Shown here: positions 52,438-62,380 of the stretch, piece after piece | How the letters are laid out: the number at the start of each line of letters is the position of its first letter | Numbering within the stretch: position 1 is the stretch's first letter | Assembly: GCA_016840085.1 (NCBI GenBank) | Contig: JAEOTA010000014.1 | Location: forward strand, 1-64,000 | Length of the DNA: 64,000 bases | Direction of reading: 5' to 3' | DNA from: Promethearchaeota archaeon | Lineage (GTDB): Archaea; Asgardarchaeota; Lokiarchaeia; Sigyniarchaeales; SOKP01 | Made by a program: the position numbers and the translations under genes | The notes under the pieces: generated by a model | What the model was told of the DNA's origin: nothing | Database searches by the model: none | Seen by the model: the letters and a program-made list of their open reading frames with translations, nothing else

Positions 52438-52490
52438 TTTTTTTTAATAAAATTTACTTTATAAAAGTTCAAAAATGAATATTAAACACA

Positions 52491-52910
52491 CTATACGTTA
52501 AATAATCTATAAGGTACTCCGAAAAATGTATCTCCTCCAATGATCTCTAAAATTTTATCTCTAGTATAAACAGTATCATAATAAATAAATAATTCACCCT
52601 TTCCATTACATCTTTCATTAATCTCAACCCAAACATATTCAGGACTCGTGTTTTCGATCTCTTCTATAATATCCTTATGATCTTCAACAACTTGCCTGAC
52701 TTTTTCAATTTCTGGGAGTTCTTCGCAAGGTAATTTTAGATTATAATTTATTGAATTCTTGATAGTTTTATACGCATAAATGACTATTGGAATGCTTGCT
52801 AGAGATATTATTATAACAATAGTTATGATGATTAAAGCCCATATTCTACGTTGATTTTTTCTTCTTAGTGAAAGATTATTTCTAATAGGAATATAATCAT
52901 CATCTTTCAT
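52491..52910 (-). CDS. Single-TM-anchored hypothetical protein
   Basis: Basic N-terminus, one TM segment, two Cys in the soluble domain. Confidence 0.7.
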   Translation of the reverse strand: MKDDDYIPIRNNLSLRRKNQRRIWALIIITIVIIISLASIPIVIYAYKTIKNSINYNLKLPCEELPEIEKVRQVVEDHKDIIEEIENTSPEYVWVEINERCNGKGELFIYYDTVYTRDKILEIIGGDTFFGVPYRLFNV

Positions 52911-53145
52911 GATATTCTCTCTTTCTCTATTTTTAAGTAGTATTTTCTGCCGATGATTAAATTGAAAACTTCCTTTTTAAATTTATTGGGTAAAAAACAA
53001 AAATAATCAAAAATTTCCAATATCCTTTTGAAAATTAGATGAAAAAATTTATTTAAGAGCAATTATTTAATAATTTATTCAGTAGCAATTAGAATGCTAA
53101 AGCTAAGGGTAAATTTTAAATACAACTTTTAGTGGTGAGTAAAAC

Positions 53146-53451
53146 ATACAAAAAGCACGCATACGGTTGTCATCTACTCAATTAGATTCATTGCAATCAG
53201 TATGCGAGCAAGTGTTACAGGTTTGTCGTAGTCAGGGCATCAAAAAAAATGGTCCTATTCCCCTTCCTACTAAAAGATTGCGTGTACCAGTAATGAAGGC
53301 GCCTAGTGGCCAAGGTACTAGTACCTGGGCAAAATTTGAGATGAGAATTCATAAAAGACTTTTTGAAATTATCGCAAATGAGCGCAGTATGCATCTCATC
53401 ATGAAAATTCAGATTCCTGAATCAGTTCTCGTAGAAATTGAATTAATGTAG
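53146..53451 (+). CDS. rpsJ: 30S ribosomal protein uS10, probable ATA start
   Basis: (M)QKARIRLSST, GPIPLPTK, EMRIHKRL; in-frame TAA at 53140 leaves ATA 53146 as the only start that includes QKARI. Confidence 0.93.
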   Translation: MQKARIRLSSTQLDSLQSVCEQVLQVCRSQGIKKNGPIPLPTKRLRVPVMKAPSGQGTSTWAKFEMRIHKRLFEIIANERSMHLIMKIQIPESVLVEIELM

Positions 53452-53493
53452 TTTGAGTCGATTTTTATATTGGAATAGAATACTTTAACTTAG

Positions 53494-54249
53494 TTATAAT
53501 TCATCTAATTTAATTTGAATTGGTTCATTAGCTAATTTTGCTTTTTCATCGATTTCAATAATATCAACATAATAAACATTTCCGAGAATTTCTGTTCTTT
53601 GACCAATTTTTACATCCTTACCCTTTATATTTCCATCAACATGCGTTTTGATAATATTTACTTTATTTTTAGCAAGAATACTTCCGTGTATTTTATAATG
53701 TTGTTTCTTAATTTTTTCTTGAACTCCAATTATAACATTTTCAGCAACAACATTCCCTTCAATATTAGTTGATCCATTAATATTAATATTTTTCTCAGAA
53801 GATAGATTTCCATTGATATCTGAAGAGCCAGAAAGATTAACACTTTGCTCTCCCCTCACAAAATTTCCACCTATAAATGTTCCAGATGCTATTAAAGATC
53901 CTTGAATAGTAATAATATTCCCCACTTGTGCTGAACCAGCAAAATCAGCACTTTCATCACCATAAAGGAATCCTGCCACATTAAATGTGCCTGAACTACT
54001 AATATCCCCATGAACAGTAACATTACCAGATCCATTTAAAGAACCTGAAGTCGTAAGTCCACTACATTCTAAATCCCCATTAATTTTTCCTGAACCTGCT
54101 ATTCGTATAGATTTATCTACTTTTCCACCAGAAATTTTTGCAGAACCTGAAACGCTTATATGTTTGTCAAATTCAGTGAAATCACCTGAACTACTTATCA
54201 TAGCTCTTTTTTCGGGTTTTTCAATAGAATCATCATCTTTTTTTTCCAT
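53494..54249 (-). CDS. Polymer-forming cytoskeletal (bactofilin/CcmA-like) beta-helix protein
   Basis: Repeated I.GS..I.G.L units. Confidence 0.8.
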   Translation of the reverse strand: MEKKDDDSIEKPEKRAMISSSGDFTEFDKHISVSGSAKISGGKVDKSIRIAGSGKINGDLECSGLTTSGSLNGSGNVTVHGDISSSGTFNVAGFLYGDESADFAGSAQVGNIITIQGSLIASGTFIGGNFVRGEQSVNLSGSSDINGNLSSEKNININGSTNIEGNVVAENVIIGVQEKIKKQHYKIHGSILAKNKVNIIKTHVDGNIKGKDVKIGQRTEILGNVYYVDIIEIDEKAKLANEPIQIKLDEL

Positions 54250-54435
54250 ACTTTTAACCTTCTATAATAATTGATTTACAGTTATATAAAATCAAGTTTA
54301 ATAAAACTTTTACTTATTTACTAAAATTTTCGAAAAAACTATGTATCTAATTAATCAGATTTAAATCAATAAATAAATATAATTTTATTAAATAAATGGA
54401 CGATATCTTAAAAAATAATATAATAGTGTATTGAA

Positions 54436-55155
54436 TTGGCTGATTTTCATACAAAAACGTTTTATGGACAAGAATCAAGTTTAATTATTACTAGTCCTGC
54501 GAAAATGGTTCCATATATCTTTTTAAGTTGTATAAAGAGAAAAGATAATGGAACTTGGGAACATACTACTGAAGGGGAAGGAAAAACCGTTAAAATGTCA
54601 ATCGAAGAAATAGTATGTATCTTAGAAGTCCTTCATAGAAGGAGTGCCAACTGGCGAGGATATCACGTTTTCAAAGATCGCAAAACAGAGATTTATGTAG
54701 GCTGGGAAGATGAAACTCGGCAATTGTTACAAGTTAAACTAGGAGATTATATAAAAAAAGTCCGGTTTCCGAATTTAAATTTTTTAACATTGTTGCTTGA
54801 ACATATATTAAAAGAGAAAATCGAATTTGCTACAAGTGGGACTTTTGAATCTAAGACAAAAGAAAAAATAGAAATTGATGAAGAAGCAGAATATGGTGTG
54901 TTTGCTGAACATATCACAGCTAGAGACGGATTACATATAGTAGAAACTACTGAATATGGTGTTTCAGTTGATACAATAGATATAAAAGCAAAAATTAAAG
55001 TTGAAAGCCCTAAGGCGTTATTAATTACTCTCGATACAGAAGAAGAATTCTGGATTCCAAAAAGTTGTATCCACAGCGATTTTGATGTGAGTAAGAAAAG
55101 TAAACCTCAGAAATTTATTGTAGATAAATGGATAATTGAAAAACATCAAATTTGA
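54436..55155 (+). CDS. Hypothetical protein, possible Whirly/PC4-like nucleic-acid-binding N-domain
   Basis: W.....K.VKMSIEEI..IL......YH pattern; C-terminal ESPKALL...WIPKS module. Confidence 0.7.
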   Translation: MADFHTKTFYGQESSLIITSPAKMVPYIFLSCIKRKDNGTWEHTTEGEGKTVKMSIEEIVCILEVLHRRSANWRGYHVFKDRKTEIYVGWEDETRQLLQVKLGDYIKKVRFPNLNFLTLLLEHILKEKIEFATSGTFESKTKEKIEIDEEAEYGVFAEHITARDGLHIVETTEYGVSVDTIDIKAKIKVESPKALLITLDTEEEFWIPKSCIHSDFDVSKKSKPQKFIVDKWIIEKHQI

Positions 55156-56417
55156 AAATGATTGAAACCAATGAGAATCTGAAGTTTTACGAACGTCCTA
55201 TATTTTTAAACTTTTTGTTGTTAACTATAACTATTTTATTATTCATTTTAAAATTAATATTTTCATCTATATCCAATAGTTTAGCACTTCAAGCAGACGC
55301 CTTTGATAACCTTACTGATATAGTAATGGTAGTTGCAGCATTAATAGGAATTATATATTCTAGAAAAAAGCCTAATGAAAAATTTCCTTATGGTTATTAT
55401 AAAATAGAAAATATCGTTAGCTTGATTATTTCAATATTTATTTTTTATACTGCTTATAATATTATTTTGCAATCAATTAGAGAAATCTTAAGCTTTATTT
55501 CAGGTAATTTGAAAACTATCGAGACATCAATTTTAATCTACGTCTTTTTGGTAATTTCTTTAATTATTTCTTTATCCATTACTCTTTATTTAAAGATCAT
55601 AGGAAAGAAAACGAACTCACCTGTAATTGAGGCAGAAGCAAGCGAAAAATTATATGATAATTTTATATCTTTATCAGTTTTGATCGGATTTATCGGTGCT
55701 AGTTTTAATTTATATCTTTTAGACTCAATAATTGGATTATTCATTGCTCTCTTTATTATTAAAGGGGGTTTTGATATTTTTTTAAACTCAACAAAAATCT
55801 TGCTTGATGCAGTTATAGATTTTGATAAAAGAACTGAACTTTATAATTTAATAGAAACATTTCCAAAGATTAAAAAAATAGAACGGTTAGAAATAAGATC
55901 TTATGGAAAATATGTATTTCTAGAAGTAAATGTTAATTTAAGCAAAGATCTTACTTTAAACCAAGTTCAAACGTTAAAAAATCTCATAAATATAAAGATT
56001 AAGGAATCATTCCCTCAGATATTTAAAGTAGTAATATTAACTCAAACTGAAGAGAAACCTATAACGAAAGTAGCTATTCCCTTAATTGATAATAATGGAT
56101 TAAACTCACATATATCTGATCATTTTGGAGAAGCTCTCTATTTTGCTTTATTTGAAATAGAAGAAAGTGATGTGGGAAAACATTTATTGAATTATAATAT
56201 AGTAACTAACAAATTTATTAAAGAAGAAAAGAGAAAAGGAATTTTAATCTCAGATTGGTTAATTTCATATAAAATCGATAAAATATTTTTAAAAAAAGAC
56301 CTAAAAATAGGTCCCAAATTAATCTTCGAAAAAGGTCTAATTTCAATAGAGATAACAGAACTAAATAATTTAAATGAAATAATAAACTATGAATTAAAAC
56401 TTTTAAAATCTACATAA
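55152..56417 (+). CDS. Cation diffusion facilitator fused to a NifB/NifX-like domain
   Basis: SLALQADAFDNLTD, FPYGYYKIE; C-terminal KVAIP...HFGEA.YF. Confidence 0.88.
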   Translation: MKMIETNENLKFYERPIFLNFLLLTITILLFILKLIFSSISNSLALQADAFDNLTDIVMVVAALIGIIYSRKKPNEKFPYGYYKIENIVSLIISIFIFYTAYNIILQSIREILSFISGNLKTIETSILIYVFLVISLIISLSITLYLKIIGKKTNSPVIEAEASEKLYDNFISLSVLIGFIGASFNLYLLDSIIGLFIALFIIKGGFDIFLNSTKILLDAVIDFDKRTELYNLIETFPKIKKIERLEIRSYGKYVFLEVNVNLSKDLTLNQVQTLKNLINIKIKESFPQIFKVVILTQTEEKPITKVAIPLIDNNGLNSHISDHFGEALYFALFEIEESDVGKHLLNYNIVTNKFIKEEKRKGILISDWLISYKIDKIFLKKDLKIGPKLIFEKGLISIEITELNNLNEIINYELKLLKST

Positions 56418-56472
56418 AAATTAAATGTTATTTTAGATTTTTGAATACTTATTAAAACTTACACTGATTTTA

Positions 56473-57303
56473 ATGGAATTGGATATCAACTTCTTAAAAC
56501 AAATTGCTATTGATGTATTTAATAAAGTGAATCCTTTATTGGGTTCAAAAGAAGCAGCAGAGAAATCAATGAGAGGTGCTGGAGGTGATTTGTCTATGAA
56601 TATTGACATTATTGCTGAGAATGTGATAATTGAATCGTTAGAAAAAGCTAATATTAATTTATTATTGATTAGTGAAGAGATTGGAGAGAAATTTATAGGA
56701 GATAAATACAAAGCATTAATAAATCAAAATGTGCTAATAGTCGACCCTATAGATGGGTCTAATAATGCTGTAAGGGGGATACCATATTGTTCTACTTCTT
56801 TAGCATATGCAATCGGTACAAAAATTAGTGACATCAAGAAAGCCGTTGTTATTAATCTAATCACTAAAGATATCTATTGGGCAGAAAAAGGAAAAGGGGC
56901 TTACTTGAATGATAAAAAAGTTAAAATATCTAATCTAGATATAACTCAAAATTGCTTTTTTGAACTTAACCTCCCTATGAAAAATTTAATGAAGAATTTG
57001 CAGAAGTTAGCTCCAATTATAAGGAGCCTTTTTCGAATTCGGATATTAGGTAGTAGTGCTTTATCTTTATGCCATGTGGCAAGCGGAAATATGGAAGCTT
57101 TTATTAACTTGCGAAATAGCAATAGATTAGTGGACGTAGCGGCAGGGATTTTAATCTTAAAAGAAGCAGAGGGACGAATATTTTCTTTAGAGGGAGCTGA
57201 AATTGAATATGAATTATCGATTAATTCAAAATTTCCATTTATAGCATGCAATGCTGAGTTCGAATCATTCCTTAAAAAAAAATTGATCAAAAAAAAGAAT
57301 TAA
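56473..57303 (+). CDS. suhB: Inositol monophosphatase / FBPase family
   Basis: SEE, VDPIDGSNN, RILGSSAL, DVAAG. Confidence 0.9.
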   Translation: MELDINFLKQIAIDVFNKVNPLLGSKEAAEKSMRGAGGDLSMNIDIIAENVIIESLEKANINLLLISEEIGEKFIGDKYKALINQNVLIVDPIDGSNNAVRGIPYCSTSLAYAIGTKISDIKKAVVINLITKDIYWAEKGKGAYLNDKKVKISNLDITQNCFFELNLPMKNLMKNLQKLAPIIRSLFRIRILGSSALSLCHVASGNMEAFINLRNSNRLVDVAAGILILKEAEGRIFSLEGAEIEYELSINSKFPFIACNAEFESFLKKKLIKKKN

Positions 57304-57343
57304 TATCATTTATTAATCAGCATATAAAGAGGGATAATAAGAT

Positions 57344-58504
57344 ATGAATTCAAGAGAAAGGGTAAATACTACTTTAAATCATGTAGAACCAGATAAGGTA
57401 CCTTTAGATTTGGGAGGTAATCAATCTAGTATACATATTAAAGTTTATAAGAAATTAATAGAATATCTCGAGATTGAGGATAAAGAGATTCAAATTTTAG
57501 ATTTTATTCAGCAAATCGCCATTCCTTGCGAGGAATTATTGGAACGGTTTAATATAGATATTAGGTACATCCGACCGCTTGGAGGTATGGTAAAAATTGA
57601 TGATTTCGAACTCCAATATGAGGGGCAGTATGTTGGTGTCTATGACCAATTCGGTTGCTTTTGGGGGAATGATGCGAATAAAGATATAGATGAAATATTA
57701 TATTACGACCCTGTAATTCATCCGTTTGCAGATCTTAAAACAGTTCAAGAAATTAAAGATTTTGACTGGCCTAATGGAAAAGATAAATCTCCATTTGAAG
57801 GTTTAAAGGATTATACTAAGAGAATTCATGAAACTACTGATTATGCATTAGTAACACATCCTTCTGGTTGTATATATGAATATACTACGTTTCTTTTTGG
57901 ATTTATAAAGGCTTTAATATATCTTAAAAAAAAGCCAGAATTGATTAAAGCTGCTATGGAAGGGCTATTAGAATATTGGATAGATTATAATATTACATTT
58001 TTAAATGAGGTTGGTGAATTTATTGATGTTATTTGTATCAATGGAGACTTAGCAGAACAAGCAGGACCAATAATGAGTTTAAAAATCTATGAGGAACTTA
58101 TAAAGCCTGTTGAGAGAAAATTATCAGAAAAAATCCACGAATTAGCTGAAATTAAAATTAATTATCATTCCTGCGGGTCGATTCCTTTATTTATTCCCCA
58201 CTTTGCAGACATTAAATATGATGCTGTTAATCCTGTCCAGATATCTGCTTATGATATGGAACCCTGTAGCCTAAAGAAACGCTATGGAAATATGATAACG
58301 TTTTGGGGTGGATTATGCAACACTCAGCAGACACTTCCTTTTGGAACACCTAAACAGATTCGAGAAGAAGTTAAAAGAAATTTTGAATGTTTCAAACCAG
58401 GAGGGGGATTTATTGCAGCGAATATTCATAATATTACTGCAGAAGTCCCACCTCAAAATATTGTAGCTATGTTCGATGCCGCTAATGAATTTAGGGAATA
58501 TTAA
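57344..58504 (+). CDS. Uroporphyrinogen decarboxylase-like (MtaA/CmuA) family protein
   Basis: SRERV....H.EPD.VP, YHSCG, FWGG, PGGGFI....HNI. Confidence 0.88.
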   Translation: MNSRERVNTTLNHVEPDKVPLDLGGNQSSIHIKVYKKLIEYLEIEDKEIQILDFIQQIAIPCEELLERFNIDIRYIRPLGGMVKIDDFELQYEGQYVGVYDQFGCFWGNDANKDIDEILYYDPVIHPFADLKTVQEIKDFDWPNGKDKSPFEGLKDYTKRIHETTDYALVTHPSGCIYEYTTFLFGFIKALIYLKKKPELIKAAMEGLLEYWIDYNITFLNEVGEFIDVICINGDLAEQAGPIMSLKIYEELIKPVERKLSEKIHELAEIKINYHSCGSIPLFIPHFADIKYDAVNPVQISAYDMEPCSLKKRYGNMITFWGGLCNTQQTLPFGTPKQIREEVKRNFECFKPGGGFIAANIHNITAEVPPQNIVAMFDAANEFREY

Positions 58505-58510
58505 AACAAA

Positions 58511-59596
58511 TTAATCGGGCACATCAATCGGATAATTTCCATATTTCCTTCTTATATTTTGCATAGCTTCAAATCGATCTATAGTAACAGCAGGATTTAT
58601 ACTGTGGCCAGAACTAAAAATATATCCTCCTCCTGGTGCTAATTCTCTAATTAATTTTTTTGCATAAGATTCAATTTCAGAAATTTCGCCCATTGCTAAC
58701 ATTACTGGACTTAAATTACCTGAAAATGTTATTTTATCTCCATATCTTTGATTTAATTTGAAAATATTATATTCTGGATTTGCTGTTGTTGACTCTAGTG
58801 GATTTATAGCATCAACTCCACATTTTACAATATCTTCGAAAATTTCCAAAAGATCACCATCAGAATGTAAAAAAATTATACAATCACGTTTATGGGCTGC
58901 ATCACATATTCTTCTTAGCCAAGGGAACACATACTTCCTATATTTATTAGGAGACATAAATAGACCATTTTTAAAACCATAATCATCCCACAACAATACG
59001 ATTTTAGCATCTTTTTCAGCTAAAATTTTTACAATTTCTAGCGTAAAACTGCCTCTGTCGTCAAAAACCTTTTTTATTTTTTTATGGTTTGCTAAAATTC
59101 TTGAAAATGTCTCTATACCAAAACCTTCCCATGTACACTCCATTAAAGAACCAGTTGCTGGAATGGAAAAAACTTCATTGTTTATATCTTTTTGAACTTT
59201 TCTTCCATTTAGAAATTGATCTAAACGTCCTTTTAAGTTCGGATCTGGCTGTTCCCAACTCTCATAATCTTCAAAACTTTTAAAATGTCCTCCATGGTAA
59301 GCTAGTATTTGAGTACCATCTTTATATGGTTCAAATTTCATATGTCTTCCATATTCATCAATGAATCCCTCATTTTTTTTAAGAAATTTTCGAGGAAATA
59401 AACTTACAAAGCTTAAAACTAAATCAATCCCTACTTTTCGTAAAAATTCATAAGATAATTTGTAACCTCCTGCTCCTTTTGGATCGATTCCATAATGTCT
59501 CATAATTGTATTATTTGTAAAGGCACTTTCAAATGCAGGAACACGATCAGGTTCTTCATGATTAATTGCTTTTAAAACTCTTTCTGGTGCTTTCAT
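58511..59596 (-). CDS. Uroporphyrinogen decarboxylase-like (MtaA/CmuA) family protein
   Basis: ERV..A.NHEEPDRVP, WDDYG, HSDG, PGGGYIFSSGHS. Confidence 0.88.
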   Translation of the reverse strand: MKAPERVLKAINHEEPDRVPAFESAFTNNTIMRHYGIDPKGAGGYKLSYEFLRKVGIDLVLSFVSLFPRKFLKKNEGFIDEYGRHMKFEPYKDGTQILAYHGGHFKSFEDYESWEQPDPNLKGRLDQFLNGRKVQKDINNEVFSIPATGSLMECTWEGFGIETFSRILANHKKIKKVFDDRGSFTLEIVKILAEKDAKIVLLWDDYGFKNGLFMSPNKYRKYVFPWLRRICDAAHKRDCIIFLHSDGDLLEIFEDIVKCGVDAINPLESTTANPEYNIFKLNQRYGDKITFSGNLSPVMLAMGEISEIESYAKKLIRELAPGGGYIFSSGHSINPAVTIDRFEAMQNIRRKYGNYPIDVPD

Positions 59597-59690
59597 TATC
59601 CCCTAGTTTTTAAGAAGTAATTTGAATTTATATAAGTAATAACATTATTCTTGATAAATAAATAATTCTTTCGATAATTTAAATAAGTCG

Positions 59691-60293
59691 TTGATTAATC
59701 TTAAAAAACTGAATAGAGAGTTCTTCAATAGAAAAACTAAAATAGTAGCAGAGGACTTATTAGGGAAATATTTAGTAAGAGAAACTGTAAATGGTAAAAT
59801 GGTTGGGAAAATTATTGAAGTTGAAGCTTACCTCGGTCCTAACGATAAGGCCAGTCATTCATATAATTTCAAAAAAACTGAAAGAACAAGGGTCATGTAT
59901 GAAGAACCTGGAACTCTATATGTTTATCTTATTTATGGAATGTATTATTGCTTAAATGTTATAACTGAGCCAAAAAATATGCCTTGTGCTGTTTTAATTA
60001 GACAATTGTATCCAATTGAAGGAATTGAGCAGATGAATGAATATAGAACTGTAAAAATCGGAAAAGATTTTAAAAATCTGACTGATGGACCAGGGAAGCT
60101 GTGCATGGCTCTAAATATAACAAAATCGAAATTTAATGGTAAAGATTCTTGTTCTATAGATTCGAAATTATTCTTTACTCAAGGTGAAAAAATAAATAAA
60201 AAGGATATTATTACACACAAAAGAATTGGCATTAATTATGCAGAAGAAGATAAAGACCAACTTCTAAGATTCTCTCTAGTGAAAGATAATTAG
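59691..60293 (+). CDS. mpg: 3-methyladenine DNA glycosylase (AAG/MPG)
   Basis: IIEVEAYLG..D.ASH, YVYLIYGMY.CLN, AVLIR, GPGKL, RIGI. Confidence 0.95.
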   Translation: MINLKKLNREFFNRKTKIVAEDLLGKYLVRETVNGKMVGKIIEVEAYLGPNDKASHSYNFKKTERTRVMYEEPGTLYVYLIYGMYYCLNVITEPKNMPCAVLIRQLYPIEGIEQMNEYRTVKIGKDFKNLTDGPGKLCMALNITKSKFNGKDSCSIDSKLFFTQGEKINKKDIITHKRIGINYAEEDKDQLLRFSLVKDN

Positions 60294-60497
60294 AATTTTA
60301 CTTAAAATGTAATCGATAAGTAATATTATGCTGACCCTTCTATGCTTGTTTTTAGAAATTCTAAATTTTCACATGAAAAATTTGACAATAATGGAAAAAG
60401 TTTAAATATTCGTGTTTTCAATGATTATTTGGAACTTAGGATTAATGGGTTAAGGTTTTTAACAAGGACTTAAAATTAAGATTTTAAAGGTGATTAT

Positions 60498-60962
60498 GTG
60501 GTAAAGGATGCTCTTAAGTTTTTCCAGGCCTATGTCCATGAGATGATAGATGTGGGCGGAAATAATTTACCCAAAGCTATTTCAGTAAAATCTGGTTCAA
60601 AGTTAGGAAAATTTTATAAAGAAAGAGGGTCGTCATTAGATATGGAAATCGTCTTAAAGCAGTTCTATACTGGCTTGAATGGAAAACCAACTATCACAAA
60701 ATTAAATGAAAATACTTATGAAGTTGTAATAAAATATCCAAAAAAGTTTTGTCCAATCGGAGGAAGTTATAATCCTTCCCGAGCTTCTATATTTCAAGAT
60801 AATATTTGTATTCCCTACATGAGAGGATTTTTTAATGAATTATTTCCTCAATTTACAACTGAAGCTGATTTTTTAAATTGTATTCCTTTAACAAATCAGC
60901 GAACTTGTCATTACATTTTAAAATTGCAGAATAAAAAACATACAGGTAATTCACCTAATTAA
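60498..60962 (+). CDS. V4R/HNOB-like ligand-binding domain protein
   Basis: FCPIGG...CIPY...C...C. Confidence 0.7.
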   Translation: MVKDALKFFQAYVHEMIDVGGNNLPKAISVKSGSKLGKFYKERGSSLDMEIVLKQFYTGLNGKPTITKLNENTYEVVIKYPKKFCPIGGSYNPSRASIFQDNICIPYMRGFFNELFPQFTTEADFLNCIPLTNQRTCHYILKLQNKKHTGNSPN

Positions 60963-61190
60963 AAAGTAATTCCAAAAGTGTAATCCGTCAATCGCGGGGT
61001 TTTTTTCCAGTCTCTTTTAGAAATATTTGATCTTAAATATTCAAACCTTTTAAAAATCTAGTCTAAATTTTAAGATATTCGTCATTATCTATTATCAAAT
61101 AAATAATTTTAATAAAAACTATTAAATACTTTTGAATTGAGATTTAAGTAAGTTTTCTTCAATAATTTTAAATAAGGATTTTGGGGATAA

Positions 61191-61640
61191 ATGTCAAAAA
61201 ATAGAGATGCTTTAAAGTTTTTCCAGAATTTTATTCGCGAAATGATTGATATCGGAGGTCCCAATCTCCCAAAATCTATTTCAGCAAGCTTAGGAGCGAA
61301 ATTAGGCAAATTATTAAAGGAACGCGGAGTATCTGGGATAGAAAATAGTTTAAAGAAAATTTATAATGCAGTAAATGCTAAGACTAAAATAAAATCAATT
61401 GGGGATAATATCCTCGAGATAACACTTAAACATTCAAAGAAATTTTGTCCTATAGGTGGCAAAGTTAATCCAGAAAGGGCTGAAGTTATTCAAAGTACAA
61501 TATGTATTCCTTACACTTTAGCCATTTTAAACAGTTTGGATTCTGATTTAAAATATAATGTTGAATTTCAAAACTGTATTCTTAAGTCTAACAATAAAAT
61601 TTGCCAGTATAGATTAACCATAGAAGAGAAAAAAAAGTAG
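61191..61640 (+). CDS. V4R/HNOB-like ligand-binding domain protein (tandem paralog)
   Basis: DALKFFQ..EMID.GG.NLPK shared with 60498; same four Cys. Confidence 0.7.
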   Translation: MSKNRDALKFFQNFIREMIDIGGPNLPKSISASLGAKLGKLLKERGVSGIENSLKKIYNAVNAKTKIKSIGDNILEITLKHSKKFCPIGGKVNPERAEVIQSTICIPYTLAILNSLDSDLKYNVEFQNCILKSNNKICQYRLTIEEKKK

Positions 61641-61667
61641 TAGCAGTCAATTATAATTTTATATTAA

Positions 61668-62010
61668 AACCCGAATCTAAACCTCAATTATATTGCTAAA
61701 CCAGAGGTCATGCCTCTCCACACCCTTACTTTCTTCATATACCGTATAAATACGGTGCTATTATAAAGCGTAAATACCTATAGTTATGGTTGCTCCATCC
61801 CTGGCCTAACCAGTTTTCTAATTATGAGCTTATATCTTTCCTACAAAAGGTACCGCTCTGATACCTACCATTATAGGGAATGCTTCGACGAGGACATAAC
61901 GGTGGATAACAATATTCATGAAATCTTAACTCGGGCAATTTCCGCTAATGTGCATTTCACGGTCCATTCAGCATGGAATATCAGCCATTGCACAACTTGG
62001 CCAAGTTACG
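61668..62010 (-). ncRNA. ffs: Signal recognition particle (7S) RNA
   Basis: Helix 8 GGUUAGG-CCA-GGGA-UGG-AGCAACC (61788-61811); helix 6 with GUAG tetraloop (61826-61858); long helix 5; Alu-type loop complementarity GCUGA/UUAGC. Ends approximate. Confidence 0.85.
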
Positions 62011-62097
62011 ATAATTCATACTATAATTTAAAATTTATAATATTAGGAATGGGACAGGATATCTTAAGTTGTATAAAAATTAAGAGATTATAAAATG

Positions 62098-62265
62098 TTA
62101 CAAATGTTCCGAAATTATTTTTTCTTTTACCAGTTTTCTTCTAATTATTGATAAGAACTCTTTTGTATCAGGAAATACATATACAATATCTTCTCCATCA
62201 TCTTCAATTGTAACTTCTCTGTAAAATTTTCCCTCTACTTTAGTTTTTAAATCATTTACAATCAT
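62098..62265 (-). CDS. Small hypothetical protein (55 aa)
   Basis: MIVNDLKTKVEGKFYREVTIEDDGEDIVYVFPDTKEFL...; below the ORF-track cutoff. Confidence 0.55.
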   Translation of the reverse strand: MIVNDLKTKVEGKFYREVTIEDDGEDIVYVFPDTKEFLSIIRRKLVKEKIISEHL

Positions 62266-62380
62266 AAATAGAAGATGTAAAAAAATAATTCAAAAAAACA
62301 TATAGCATGGTGATAACACTCAAGAAAATTCAAAATCTGAATAGTAAATCAATTCAGAAACTAATGGAATTTATAATATT

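Noticed and set aside
61824-62093. 89-aa ORF-track call on + strand
   Set aside because: Antisense to the SRP RNA; no protein-like features
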